Below are positions 62,600-64,000 of a DNA stretch of 64,000 bases, in pieces; within the stretch, counting starts at the first letter, position 1; each line of letters starts with the position of its first letter. The notes beneath the pieces were generated by a model. That model saw only the letters and a program-made list of their open reading frames with translations. It was not told the origin of the DNA and ran no database searches. Where the stretch lies: contig JAJZXB010000006.1 of the NCBI GenBank assembly GCA_021846395.1, positions 26,271 to 90,270 on the forward strand, in the 5' to 3' direction. The position numbers were made by a program, and so were the translations under genes. The stretch comes from Thermoplasmata archaeon. Lineage in GTDB: Archaea; Thermoplasmatota; Thermoplasmata; Thermoplasmatales; Thermoplasmataceae.

Positions 62600-64000
62600 A
62601 GCCACTGAGTCTTGCAATGTGGATGAAGTGCAAATATTTATATTATTGAATTGCATATTTTCGATATATGAAGATATCACAGCCGATAAAGCCTACAGAT
62701 CATTTTAATGATAGGTATTCATCTATTGATGCAATACAACTAGAAACTGTAAATAAACATATTGGGGAACAGAACCATGTCTGAGAAATCAGATAAAATT
62801 AGCAAATCTATACGTGAAACAAGGGAAAGGAGGAAGTCACAGACATGCATATCCTATGAACTGAAAATAGATATATCACATCTAGGCAAAACAAAGGTAA
62901 AGAATCTTAATCGTATCTTTCTTGAGGCAAAGTGGTTTTATAATTATATCTTATCAGAAGATGATATCTATAACCAGGATTACAGGATTAATAAAGTTAA
63001 GATAAAGGTAAAGGACCATTATGAAGATAGAGATATATTGTTATTATCATCACAGATGAAACAGGAAATTGTTGATAAAACTAAGGATAGCATAAGGGGC
63101 CTTTCAAATTCAAAGAAGAATGGCAATAAGATTGGAAAACTTCATTTCAAAAGAAGGATCAACTCAATACCTTTGAAGCAATATAAAAATACATATAATA
63201 TTTCAGGTAAATATGTTAGAATCCAGAGGATAGGCAGGTTAAAGGTTTCCGGTATTGAACAGATACCAAAAGATGCTGATATAGCTAATGCAACACTTGA
63301 ATCTAGAAATGGGGATTATTTTATCCATATATCAACATTTACAAAACCAAAGGATATAGAACATTCTGATAATGGTATTGGTATTGATTTCGGTATTAAA
63401 AGTTCATTAACACTATCAAATGGAATAATCATTAATGAAGATATACCACTAACAGGGAAGGCTATAAAACTTCATAAAGAACTATCACGTAGAAAACAGC
63501 ATGGGAAGAACTGGTATAAAACACTGAATAAATTAAATAAAGAGTATAATAATATAACACAGAAGAAGAAGGATGCTAGAAATAAGATAGTTAATATTAT
63601 AACAAATAGTTTTGAGACAATTGCATTCCAGAATGATCCCATAAAAGGATGGATGAGATTGTGGGGAAGAAAGATTCAAGGATCAGCAATAGGAGGAATA
63701 ATGGATGATTTAAAGAGAAAATCACGTACTCCTAAGATTGTTCCAAGATATACACCCACATCACAGGTATGCTCAAAATGCAATCACAGGCAGAAGATGC
63801 CTCTGAAAGAACGAACATTCAACTGTGAATCATGCAATATCTCTATTGATCGGGATCTAAATGCATCAATAAATATATTAGAATATATGGTACCTGTGGA
63901 ACACAGGGAATATACGCCTATGGACATTAAAACCTATACCTACAACATTTAATGAAGTTTATTTTACTTTATGTGCGTATTTAGCATTCATATATGTGTG
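62600..64000 (+). mobile_element. IS200/IS605-type insertion sequence (tnpB-only), right end runs to or past the window edge
   Basis: TnpB ORF with no adjacent tnpA. Element boundaries are not determinable from sequence alone; the 3' ~150 nt plus downstream would encode the omega/right-end RNA. Confidence 0.45.
62762..63952 (+). CDS. tnpB: IS200/IS605-family TnpB (OrfB) RNA-guided endonuclease
   Basis: RuvC-I IGIDFGIK, RuvC-II (ETIAFQND), zinc finger CSKCNHR...CESCN, RuvC-III DRDLNASINI. The start is probably at MSEKSDK (62777). Confidence 0.85.
   Translation: MGNRTMSEKSDKISKSIRETRERRKSQTCISYELKIDISHLGKTKVKNLNRIFLEAKWFYNYILSEDDIYNQDYRINKVKIKVKDHYEDRDILLLSSQMKQEIVDKTKDSIRGLSNSKKNGNKIGKLHFKRRINSIPLKQYKNTYNISGKYVRIQRIGRLKVSGIEQIPKDADIANATLESRNGDYFIHISTFTKPKDIEHSDNGIGIDFGIKSSLTLSNGIIINEDIPLTGKAIKLHKELSRRKQHGKNWYKTLNKLNKEYNNITQKKKDARNKIVNIITNSFETIAFQNDPIKGWMRLWGRKIQGSAIGGIMDDLKRKSRTPKIVPRYTPTSQVCSKCNHRQKMPLKERTFNCESCNISIDRDLNASINILEYMVPVEHREYTPMDIKTYTYNI

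Overview
This is an AT-rich archaeal chromosome segment; gene content and order look Thermoplasmatales-like (inference from an AtpA intein, acidophile-type genes and archaeal r-protein/RNAP operon order). The core consists of r-protein/RNAP clusters (L18e-L13-S9-RpoN; L44e-S27e-aIF2alpha-Nop10-PAC2; L21e-RpoF-DUF655-KsgA; SBDS-Rrp4-Rrp41-Rrp42-L37ae-RpoP-Pus10) and a complete A/V-type ATPase operon (K-E-C-F-A-B-D-H-I) whose A subunit carries a 364-aa intein. Also present are the archaeal HMG-CoA synthase/thiolase/DUF35 trio, AlaRS, RFC small subunit, SOD-Ogg, ThiI, IDH, and two tRNAs (Pro-GGG, Ala-CGC), both on the minus strand. The accessory patches are: (1) two back-to-back compact Type II R-M systems between IDH and tRNA-Ala, one MTase carrying a C-terminal catalytically degenerate SNase-like domain; (2) an extremely AT-rich AAA+/DUF4143 ATPase next to an IS630-like transposase remnant; (3) a very AT-rich cassette of an N-rich protein with a glycine-rich hydrophobic C-terminal module, a small 2-TM protein and an orphan paralogous C-terminal module, which resembles a polymorphic-toxin/archaeocin locus, with a homopolymer frameshift separating a signal peptide from the main ORF; (4) an IS200/IS605-type TnpB element at the window end; (5) a perfect 17-bp x ~6.5 tandem repeat; and (6) an M50/S2P-like membrane protein whose HExxH is RExxR. 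No CRISPR array or rRNA was seen.
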